NCBI GenBank assembly: GCA_039030395.1
Contig: JBCCEF010000015.1
Coordinates: forward strand, 47,018 to 111,017
Reading direction: 5' to 3'
DNA: 64,000 nt
Origin: Acidobacteriota bacterium
Lineage (GTDB): Bacteria > Acidobacteriota > Thermoanaerobaculia > Multivoradales > JBCCEF01
Part shown: piece after piece, positions 1-7,726 of the stretch
Numbering within the stretch: the stretch's first letter is position 1
Layout of the letters: the number at the start of each line of letters is the position of its first letter
The notes under the pieces: model-generated
What the model was told of the DNA's origin: nothing
Seen by the model: only the letters and a program-made list of their open reading frames with translations
Database searches by the model: none
Made by a program: the position numbers and the translations under genes

Positions 1-1
1 G

Positions 2-157
2 TCCATCCGCCAGCTCAAAAAGGCGTCACTGGACGAGGAGGCGAGCCGCGAGTACTGGCAAGCAGGCAAGAGCGCCGATGGCGTGCGCGAGATCGAGCCG
101 GCGGGGGAGATCGTTCAGCGGTTTGCGGGGGCGGCGAAGGGGGTCGCTTCCGACTGA
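2..157 (+). CDS. 3' end of an unidentified protein (partial, runs off the left edge)
   Basis: In-frame translation ...SIRQLKKASLDEEASREYWQAGKSADGVREIEPAGEIVQRFAGAAKGVASD* with a strong GC3 codon bias; no family recognised. Confidence 0.35.
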   Translation, partial: SIRQLKKASLDEEASREYWQAGKSADGVREIEPAGEIVQRFAGAAKGVASD

Positions 158-403
158 CGGCGAATGAACACCGGTCAGCGGTCGAGGGGTGCGCCCGCGG
201 ACGGTGCTCGAACTCGCCGGATCCTCACCTCGCCGAAGGGCGCTGTCGTGAGTCCGGCGAGATCGACCGATTCTCAGCTCTTCTCAGCTCGGACAGGCTG
301 CGCTCCGCTCGCGGGCGCACCCCCTGACCTTGGTGAGCGGCGGCGGCCGGGTAGGCCCAAAAATCAGAGTCAAGAATCAGGACAAGGATTGGCAGAACCG
401 CCG

Positions 404-589
404 TCACGAAATACCCAGGGACAGGCTCTGGAATCGAAAACCGACAAGCGGATTCCGAACTCGTAAATCGGGTAACCTTCCGAAGTCGCGGTCAGCGCTC
501 CAAAGTTCTCGAACACCGTGGTGGATACACAGGGCAGCGATCCGGGCGTCGCGCACCTCCGGTCCGGTCAACTGGCCGGTGGCGAGGAC
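404..589 (-). pseudogene. VapC (PIN-domain toxin) C-terminal remnant, N-terminal ~2/3 missing
   Basis: The 61 codons directly in frame after the antitoxin stop read ...PEVRDARIAALCIHHGVRELWSADRDFGRLPDLRVRNPL. This matches the PIN/VapC C-terminal motif (D..IAA.A...T..D.DF.R.P.L.V.NP). No start codon is present and no PIN N-terminal acidic residues. Confidence 0.4.
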
Positions 590-838
590 TCATTCGAGCA
601 CGCGCCAGTAGTCGCTGGCATCGCGGTTCCGCTCCCAGATGCCTTCTCGAAACTCCGGAGCGAGCCCTTCACCGTCCACGCTGGCATCGCGCAGCTCGAA
701 TTCCGGAGAACGACGGCGGCCTTCGAGCACCTGCCTCAGACCTTGTTCGATAAGCGAGGGCAGCGTCGTCGGCTCGTCCTGCGCGGTCTCCTTGGCGCGG
801 TCAAAGAGTTCGCCGGAGATTTCCACAGTAGTTTTCAT
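590..838 (-). CDS. VapB-type type II antitoxin (RHH/DUF2191-like)
   Basis: MKTTVEISGELFDRAKETA...TLPSLIEQGLRQVLEGRR...EFELRDASVDGEGLAPE resembles mycobacterial-type VapB antitoxins, and a VapC remnant follows. The ORF track extends to a GTG at 868; the ATG at 838 gives the canonical MKTT start. Confidence 0.5.
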   Translation of the reverse strand: MKTTVEISGELFDRAKETAQDEPTTLPSLIEQGLRQVLEGRRRSPEFELRDASVDGEGLAPEFREGIWERNRDASDYWRVLE

Positions 839-956
839 CTGGGAGACCACAACATTAGAAATGAGCACCCATGATTACCATCCGATGATCGCCGAGAGCA
901 ACGACGGCGCCGCCCGCGCCGGCCGGTGCAGCGACGTCGTTGCAAGGTCGGCCGGT

Positions 957-2036
957 TCAGGGAGCCACTGTGCTCCAAGCGGACGTGTCGCCGCTCTCGA
1001 AGCCGTCGGCGAACAGGCTCAGGTCGACCAAAAAGCCATGAAACGCCTCGTTGCGAATGCCCCAGCCGGCGATGAAGCGTTTGTCCGGAGAAACCGCGAT
1101 GGGCGTATCCAACGACCAGGGCTGGAGCCCCTCGACGCCCTTCATCGTCAGGTAGTCGTCGAGTCGGACCATACCGTCCGTTGGGGTCCAGGCGAAGCCA
1201 GCGCGCTCGATGGGCGACCCGCCACTCCATCCTACGATCAGGTTGCCGTCCTCGCTGAGATCTCTTGCCCGCGCGCTACCGCCCAGGTCGGGGAGAACCC
1301 CGATCAGCTGCGTACCGGTGGTGCTGGTCCAGCGGTACGCCTGGTCGGATTGTTTCCCGCCGCGTCCGCCGACGATGATCGAACCGTCCGAATTGGTCGC
1401 CGTCGCTTCTCCCACGGCCTCGCCAGCGCTCAGAGGGCTTTCTATACCGTTAACCCAGCGAACACCTTCCCATATCCCCGTGTCGGGGTTCGCATCCCAT
1501 CCCACGATCGTTGTGCCACCCTCCGACACGCCGTTGGCTCGACTGTTTTGGCCCACGGCACCGAGGTCGACCATGCCGTCGACCTCGTCCCAGCGAAAAG
1601 CTCGAGCGCTGTCGCAGTCGTGCCAGGCCAAACCTACGATCACCGACCCGTCCCCGTTGATCCCCCAGACACTGGTGCTAAACGAGTCGCAAGGCGCCCC
1701 ACCAGGAACTTCGCCGAGCGGCTCCCAGTTTGTACCGCTCACCCACATCGCCGCCTTTTCGATCGCGCCATCCATGATGGTGCCACCGATCACCGAGCCG
1801 TCGCCGGACACGTAGGGCGTCGCGCTGCCGCCGATCATTTGCAGGCCGGAGGCCTGGGTCCAGCGAAAGGCAGAGCCGCCGAGCCCGAAGGAGCCGACGA
1901 CCACTTGGCCGTCGTCGCTCATCCCGGAAACGATCGCGTTTGGCCCCAGGTCGATGATCGTCTGGGCTTCGGCCTGCGCGGCCAGATGCACGATACACAA
2001 GAACAAGCTCCAAGCGATCCAGGTTCTTTTCTTCAC
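957..2036 (-). CDS. Secreted HAF-family extracellular repeat protein
   Basis: N-terminal signal peptide (MKKRTWIAWSLFLCIVHLAAQA). Repeated G-x-S-x-INDxGxVVG / A-F-R-W units are typical of the HAF repeat (TIGR02913-like). Confidence 0.6.
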   Translation of the reverse strand: MKKRTWIAWSLFLCIVHLAAQAEAQTIIDLGPNAIVSGMSDDGQVVVGSFGLGGSAFRWTQASGLQMIGGSATPYVSGDGSVIGGTIMDGAIEKAAMWVSGTNWEPLGEVPGGAPCDSFSTSVWGINGDGSVIVGLAWHDCDSARAFRWDEVDGMVDLGAVGQNSRANGVSEGGTTIVGWDANPDTGIWEGVRWVNGIESPLSAGEAVGEATATNSDGSIIVGGRGGKQSDQAYRWTSTTGTQLIGVLPDLGGSARARDLSEDGNLIVGWSGGSPIERAGFAWTPTDGMVRLDDYLTMKGVEGLQPWSLDTPIAVSPDKRFIAGWGIRNEAFHGFLVDLSLFADGFESGDTSAWSTVAP

Positions 2037-2407
2037 GGTTTCCTCCTGCGTGGATTACGGCGTGCGATCCCGTCTCCATCGACATCGCCAGCATCACGCG
2101 GGTCGAGGTCGCTTGGCTGCACGGGTCCTTGGTAGCGCCGAAGGTCATTGGGGACGTCGGCTCTGAAAGAGAAACGACGTCCGCGGTTCCTTATTGCGTT
2201 CTGGGCTCGATTGTGGCTTCATGGGAGCCGCCGGGTCCTTCGCCTCCGCTTCGCGATTCCTCCGCGGTTTCTTCGCCCGACCTTCGCGCCTTGCTTCGCC
2301 CTCTGCCGGGGTCCCGGGCAGCGAATAGATCCTTCGAGATATCCTAGGATCGACGTCGACACTGTCCACCAAACCAGGCGAGGCCCGCGAATCGTCGTTC
2401 GAACCTC

Positions 2408-5341
2408 ATGTCTGCGCTCGTAACGAAAAAACCGCTGTTAGCGAGTGATTTCACCGTCGGTGACTGGTCCGTAGAACCGCGCGAGCTGCGCATTCGACGC
2501 GGAAGTGAGGATCGGGCCTTGAGCCCCATGCAGATGGATCTGCTGGTGTTCCTTTGCGCCCGTCCAGGTGCGCTGGTGAGCAAGGCTGAGTTGCTGGCAG
2601 CGGTTTGGCGAGGTGCGGAGGTCGAAGAAGGGGCTCTGGCGCGTTGCGTCTCCGAGCTGCGCCAGCTCCTGGGCGACAGCGCAAAGAATCCGGAGTACAT
2701 CGCGACAGTGCGGCGCCGCGGCTATCGCCTGGTCGCCGTCGTCGAGAGCCCCGCGGCCCTCGAGGCGCCATCCGAGGAGCGAAGGCCACGGCGGTCTCCC
2801 TGGGTCGCGGCGCTGCTGGCGCTGCTCGTCCTGGTAGGCGCCTGGGGCGTCATCGGACTGCTGAAGAGAGGCGCTCCGTTCATCCCGGCAACGGAAAACG
2901 GACGGGCCGCGGTGTCCACCGAAGTCTCGAACGAGCCGATGGCAGCGCGACGAACGGTTGCGGTGCTGGGATTCGAGAACTTGACCGGTGCTGCGGAGCA
3001 TGACTGGATGACCACCGGGCTCGCGGAGAGCCTGTCGGCCGAGTTGGCGGCGGCTCCGGAGTTGCGGGTCGTGCCGACGGCGGCGGTGCGCAGCGTCGAA
3101 CGAAAGCTGTCGGCCGATCCCTCGAACGAGGAGCGAGGGCATCGCTATCTGTCAGCAGCTTTGGGCGTGGATCTCGTGGTCTTCGGCTCGTTCTTGGCCG
3201 ACGGCCAAGGGGAGCAGGAAGCTCTCCGCATCAACGTGTGGGTCAAGGACACCTCGGCGCCGGGCGGTTTGCAGGAGGTGTTGATCGAAGAACGCCCCGC
3301 TGATGAGCTGCTCGAGACGCTGGCCCTGGTCGGCGCTCGGCTGCGGGCCAGCTTGGGGCTGGGTGGCGAAACGATCCGACGGCCGCTCGGCGACGAACAC
3401 GCTCGCTCCCGTTCCTCCATGGCCGCGCGCCTGTTTCACGAGGGTCAGTGGCTGCTGCAGCGTCATCGAGCCGCGGCGGCCCGCGTCAAGCTGGAAACGT
3501 CGATCGCCGAAGACCCGTCCCAACCGTTGGCATACCTGGCGCTGTCCGAAGCCTGGTCGGAGCTCGGCGACTACCACGAGGCGCGGCGAGCCGCGGCAAC
3601 CGCGCTCGAGCTCGCCCCGGGCCTGCCCAACGAGCAACGTCTCTGGGTCGAGGCCGGCGCTTCCCGGGCGGCGCGCTCATGGGCAGCGGCTCTCGAACGA
3701 TATCGGGCGCTCTGGTTGCTGTCGCCGGAGAGTCTCGAGTACGGCTTGCGAACCGCCGAGGCCGAGCTGCGCGCCGGGATGCTCGAGGCTTCGCTCAACA
3801 GCGTCGAGCGCCTGCGCAGCAACCCTGCAGCCCAGCAGGACCCCCGGATCGAGCTGATCGCCGCTGCCTCCGCCGAACAGATGGGGCGGCACGAGGCGGC
3901 GGCGAAAGCTGCCCGCAAGGCAACGAGCTTGGCTTCGGCGCTCGGCGCTACCCACCTGGCGGGGCGAGCACATCAAGCCGAAGCGTATTCGCTGCTCTCG
4001 GCCGGGCGCCTGCCCGAGGCGTTGGTCGCCGCCGAAAACGCACGCCAGCTGTTTGCCGAGTCCGGTGATCTGGTCAGCACCGGTCGGGTCTTGGCACGAT
4101 TTGCCGTCAAGCTGGTAGAGCGCCGCGAAGTCGACTTGGCGCAGGGCCTGCTCGACGAAACCCGCTCGATCGTCCGGGATTACCCGGATCCGGCCTTCGA
4201 GGCAGACATCGCGATGGCGCGGGGATTGTTGGCGCGAGCCAGTGGCGATCGTGCCGAGTTTTCTCGGTATTTGGAGCAAGCTCGTCAGACATTCTCCCGA
4301 CTTGGCGATGTCGCGGGTAATGCCCGCGTCGACACGTGCTTGGGCGTGCGCGCGGCGAGAAATGGCGAGAGCGCGCTGGCGACACGTCTCTGGGCGGACG
4401 CAGCGGCGGGGTTTCACGAGGTGGGGGATGGCCTCTCAGCCTCGATGGTCGAGGAGAACCTGGCATGGCTGGCGCTCAATCTTGGCCACGTCACCGAGGC
4501 GCAGACCCGCTTCCAGACTTTGGCAGCGCAAGCGCAAGCCATCGGACGCTACGCCCAGGCGGTACGTGTCCTGGTCGGCCTCGCCTGGTCGGCCTGGCAA
4601 GCCGGCGATCTCGCAGTGGTCGAGACGGCGCTGCGGCAGTTCGAGGACGCCTCCGTCGGCAGGAGCTCTCAGGATTTGGAGATGGCAGCCTACTCCCTGC
4701 AGGTCTTGGCGCAGCAGGAGCGAGGCAACGTACCAGGCGCCCACGGCGCGGTGGAGAAGCTGGCTGAGCTCGCCGCCAAGCAAGGGGATGGAGACCTGAT
4801 GAGCCGTGTTTGGGCCTTGCGGTCGTGGCTGGACCTTCAGTCCGGCGACTTTGCGTCGGCGGAGCTGAAGGCTCGGCGGGCGGTTCAGGCGGAGAACGCG
4901 GCCGACGACCACTGGCTCCTGCTGGCCGAAATTCTCTATCGACAAGGTGCGCTCGATGACGCGAGCCAAGCGCTGCAACGAGGGGCGGCTGTCGAAGCTC
5001 TCGTCGCCGGTGGGAAAGAACTCAAGGCGCGCGAAGTGCAGAACCTCGAGATGTTGATCGCAGGGGCCGGCGGCAAGATCGAGAGCGCTCGGTCGAGGTT
5101 GCTGGCCAACGAAGCATGGGCGGTCGAGCGCGGCGGGTGGCGAATGGTTGCGGAGACCCGCCTGGCCCTGGGAGAGCTAGAAGCATCCGCGGCATCGTGT
5201 CCGTCCCACATGGCCATGGCGATGACCACCCTCACCCTGGATGCCCGAACACGTGGTTGGTCCCGGACGGCCGAGAAGGCCGAGGCCCTGGCTGCCAAGT
5301 GCTCCGGCGAGGCGATGGCCGCGATCGTCCTCCATCGCTAG
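2408..5341 (+). CDS. Membrane-anchored winged-helix (OmpR/CadC-type) transcriptional regulator with a large TPR-like sensor region
   Basis: N-terminal trans_reg_C-like wHTH (EPRELRIRRG...LSPMQMDLLVFLCARPGALVSKAELLAAVW...RRRGYRLV), one TM helix (WVAALLALLVLVGAWGVIGLL), then ~800 aa of Ala/Leu-rich TPR-like repeats. Confidence 0.75.
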   Translation: MSALVTKKPLLASDFTVGDWSVEPRELRIRRGSEDRALSPMQMDLLVFLCARPGALVSKAELLAAVWRGAEVEEGALARCVSELRQLLGDSAKNPEYIATVRRRGYRLVAVVESPAALEAPSEERRPRRSPWVAALLALLVLVGAWGVIGLLKRGAPFIPATENGRAAVSTEVSNEPMAARRTVAVLGFENLTGAAEHDWMTTGLAESLSAELAAAPELRVVPTAAVRSVERKLSADPSNEERGHRYLSAALGVDLVVFGSFLADGQGEQEALRINVWVKDTSAPGGLQEVLIEERPADELLETLALVGARLRASLGLGGETIRRPLGDEHARSRSSMAARLFHEGQWLLQRHRAAAARVKLETSIAEDPSQPLAYLALSEAWSELGDYHEARRAAATALELAPGLPNEQRLWVEAGASRAARSWAAALERYRALWLLSPESLEYGLRTAEAELRAGMLEASLNSVERLRSNPAAQQDPRIELIAAASAEQMGRHEAAAKAARKATSLASALGATHLAGRAHQAEAYSLLSAGRLPEALVAAENARQLFAESGDLVSTGRVLARFAVKLVERREVDLAQGLLDETRSIVRDYPDPAFEADIAMARGLLARASGDRAEFSRYLEQARQTFSRLGDVAGNARVDTCLGVRAARNGESALATRLWADAAAGFHEVGDGLSASMVEENLAWLALNLGHVTEAQTRFQTLAAQAQAIGRYAQAVRVLVGLAWSAWQAGDLAVVETALRQFEDASVGRSSQDLEMAAYSLQVLAQQERGNVPGAHGAVEKLAELAAKQGDGDLMSRVWALRSWLDLQSGDFASAELKARRAVQAENAADDHWLLLAEILYRQGALDDASQALQRGAAVEALVAGGKELKAREVQNLEMLIAGAGGKIESARSRLLANEAWAVERGGWRMVAETRLALGELEASAASCPSHMAMAMTTLTLDARTRGWSRTAEKAEALAAKCSGEAMAAIVLHR

Positions 5342-5488
5342 CGTTCTACGGCCACAACCCGGGGCCGCCTCCTCGGCTTCTCCGGCATGACCTCGATCCA
5401 CGGGAGGACGCCCCTACGATACGATGCCGAGAACCCGGAAGACCGTCCGCCGAGGTGCCGACCTTGTCGATCTCTACCCGGAGCCACC

Positions 5489-5920
5489 ATGCTCGAAATC
5501 CTCCACGATCTCCCGATCCAAGCCCCGCTCTCGCGGGTCTTCCGGGCCATCAGCACCCCCGAGGGTCTCGATCTCTGGTGGACGAAGGCATCCACCGGCA
5601 TGCCCACCGTAGGTTCCGAGTACGAACTGGATTTCGGACCGGGCTATCTCTGGACCGCGAGGGTCACGCGCTCAGTCGCTGATTCCGAGTTCGAGCTGGA
5701 GATGGTGCAAGCCGACGACGACTGGGCCGGCACGCGGGTGGGTTTTGGGCTGGAGGACCGAGGCGGCAAGACGTGGCTCAGGTTTCACCACACCGGTTGG
5801 CCCGAGGTGAACGAGCACTACCGGATTTCCTGCAACTGCTGGGCGATGTACCTGAGAATCCTGCGACGGAATTTGGAATACGGCGAGGTCGTACCCTACG
5901 AGGATCGCCTGGACGCCTGA
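5489..5920 (+). CDS. SRPBCC / AHSA1 (activator of Hsp90 ATPase homolog)-like domain protein
   Basis: MLEILHDLPIQAPLSRVFRAISTPEGLDLWWT...YELDFGPGY...ELEMVQADDDWAGTRVGFGLEDRGGKTWLRFHHTGW is the typical AHSA1/SRPBCC layout. The ATG at 5489 is in frame within the longer ORF. Confidence 0.65.
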   Translation: MLEILHDLPIQAPLSRVFRAISTPEGLDLWWTKASTGMPTVGSEYELDFGPGYLWTARVTRSVADSEFELEMVQADDDWAGTRVGFGLEDRGGKTWLRFHHTGWPEVNEHYRISCNCWAMYLRILRRNLEYGEVVPYEDRLDA

Positions 5921-5989
5921 GCGAGTTCATCGGCCTGTGGATCCAATCAGGGTGAAACGACTCACCCACCCCACCGACTGTTACTCACG

Positions 5990-6382
5990 ATGAAACAGTA
6001 CATCGTCTACGCGCATCCGCACGGCGGAGTCCAAGCGGTGAAGAGTGGCTGGAACTGGCCGGCCTTTCTCTTCGGCCTGGCGTGGGCGTTGGTCAAGCGC
6101 ATGTGGCTCCTCGCGCTGGGTCTGTTCCTCTTCGCCGTATTGATGGGCCTCTTCGTGGCGGGGATCCGAGAGACGTCCGATCCGGATGTTCTGCTCGCGG
6201 TCAGGGTGATCTTCAATCTGATCGGCCTGGGAATCGGCATCTGGCTGGGCCTCAACGGCAACCGGCTGCGCGAAGAGCGCCTCAAGAGCCTCGGTTTCGG
6301 TTTCCAAGAAGTGTCCACCGCGACCAGCGCCCAGGACGCCGAGAAGGCTTTTCGACTGCGCAACAACTGGCCCATCGAATAG
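5990..6382 (+). CDS. DUF2628-like small membrane protein
   Basis: MKQYIVYAHPHGG...SGWNWPAFLFGLAWALVKRMWLLALGLFLFAVL pattern with two TM helices. Confidence 0.55.
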   Translation: MKQYIVYAHPHGGVQAVKSGWNWPAFLFGLAWALVKRMWLLALGLFLFAVLMGLFVAGIRETSDPDVLLAVRVIFNLIGLGIGIWLGLNGNRLREERLKSLGFGFQEVSTATSAQDAEKAFRLRNNWPIE

Positions 6383-6405
6383 CCCGGGCGCCCGAGACAC
6401 GCTCT

Positions 6406-6780
6406 ATGGAACCCTTGCTTTCGATCGCCGGCATTTTGGCCCTTGGCCTCGGTATCGTGCACTCGGCGCTGGGTGAGGTCTTGTTGTTCCGGCGCATGCG
6501 CCGCGGCCGGCTCGTTCCCTCGGACGGCGGGACGGTGCTACGAGCGCGACATGTGCGCATTCTGTGGGCCACCTGGCACGGTCTGACGGTCTTCGGCTGG
6601 GCCTTCGGCGCGATTCTTTTCCGGCTCGCGACGCCCGGTGGCGCCTCACAGGGATTCGTCGAAACGGTTATCGCCTTCGCCATGCTCGCCACTTCCCTGC
6701 TGGTCCTCTACGGGACCAAGGGGCGGCACCCGGGGTGGATCGTTCTGCTCGCCATCGCCTTCCTGGTGTGGGTCCACTAG
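6406..6780 (+). CDS. Hypothetical small integral membrane protein
   Basis: MEPLLSIAGILALGLGIVHSALGEVLLF... 3-4 predicted TM helices; in-frame ATG at 6406 within the longer ORF. Confidence 0.45.
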   Translation: MEPLLSIAGILALGLGIVHSALGEVLLFRRMRRGRLVPSDGGTVLRARHVRILWATWHGLTVFGWAFGAILFRLATPGGASQGFVETVIAFAMLATSLLVLYGTKGRHPGWIVLLAIAFLVWVH

Positions 6781-6789
6781 CCGGCCTCG

Positions 6790-7293
6790 TCAGGGCGCGG
6801 GCACCGAACCGGCCAGGATCTCTGCCAGACGGCTCGCATCGAGGTTGCCTCCGGAGAGCACCACCGCGACCCGCCTACCGGCAACGCGATCACGGTCCTT
6901 CAGGAGAGCGGCCAAGCTCGCCGCGCCCGCTCCCTCGGAGAGGTTGTGGGTATCGGCGACGTACACGCGGACGGCCTCCGCGATCTCCCTCTCGCTGACC
7001 GTCACGATACGCCCCACACCTTTCCAGATCGCCGCCATGGCCTCCGGATGCGGAACTCGACCGGACATGCCGTCGGCAAAGGTGTCGGCCGTGGGAGTCG
7101 AAATCATCTCGCCCTGTGCGAAGGACATGGCGTAGGCCGGAGCCTGATCCGCCACCACCCCTACAATCTCGGTACTCAGACCGAGCGCGTCCCGCGCCGC
7201 GATCATGCCGCAAATGCCCGAACCCAGACCGACCGGAACGTACACCGCGTCGATTCCCTCCACCGCACGGAAGAGTTCGAGATCCTTCGCCGA
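6790..7293 (-). pseudogene. Truncated threonine/serine dehydratase-like PLP-enzyme gene (C-terminal ~165 aa only)
   Basis: LELFRAVEGIDAVYVPVGLGSGICGMIAARDALGLSTEIVGVVADQAPAYAMSF...VAVVLSGGNLD matches the C-terminal half of fold-type-II PLP dehydratases (IlvA/TdcB/EutB-like). The N-terminal PLP-lysine half is absent. The upstream ORF extension is non-homologous and overlaps the PadR gene and operator on the other strand. Confidence 0.5.
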
Positions 7294-7301
7294 AGGCCTT
7301 G

Positions 7302-7350
7302 TTGTTGACAATCGACAACAAGATTGTCTACAGTTGTTGTCGACGGTCGT
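7302..7350. promoter_or_regulatory. Nested palindromes with a TTGACA-like -35 element upstream of padR; probable PadR operator/promoter
   Basis: TTGTTGACAATCGACAACAA (imperfect palindrome) followed by ACAACAAgattgtctacagTTGTTGT and GTCGAC; TTGACA at 7305-7310 lies ~80 bp upstream of the PadR ATG. Confidence 0.4.
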
Positions 7351-7391
7351 CATCAACCGTGCAAAAGTCTTCCAGGGAAAGGGAAAGAGCG

Positions 7392-7715
7392 ATGGGCAAT
7401 GATCGCCTCCAGGGCACTCTCGACATGTTGATCCTCCGTACCCTCCATCCCCGGCCGATGCACGGCTGGGCGATTGCGCAGCGGTTGCAGGAACTCTCCG
7501 AGGATTACCTGAGGATCGGCCAAGGGTCGCTGTACCCGGCCCTCCACCGACTGGAGTCCGCCGGCTGGCTGGATGCCGAGTGGGGAGTGTCGGAGGCCGG
7601 ACGCAAAGCAAAGTTCTACCGCCTGTCGAAGGCGGGTCGGCTACAGCTTGAGCGCGAGGTGTCGGACTGGGAAGGATTCACCGCCGCCGTCGGGCGAGTA
7701 CTTCAGGAAGCTTAG
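7392..7715 (+). CDS. PadR-family transcriptional regulator
   Basis: LDMLILRTLHPRPMHGWAIAQRLQELSEDYLRIGQGSLYPALHRLESAGWL...KFYRLSKAGRLQLERE is the canonical PadR wHTH. RBS gggaaagag precedes the ATG. Confidence 0.8.
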   Translation: MGNDRLQGTLDMLILRTLHPRPMHGWAIAQRLQELSEDYLRIGQGSLYPALHRLESAGWLDAEWGVSEAGRKAKFYRLSKAGRLQLEREVSDWEGFTAAVGRVLQEA

Positions 7716-7726
7716 GAGGTACCGAT

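Noticed and set aside
639-2135. 498-aa plus-strand ORF
   Set aside because: Antisense to the well-supported HAF-repeat gene. Arg/Ala/Pro-rich composition typical of spurious ORFs in high-GC DNA.
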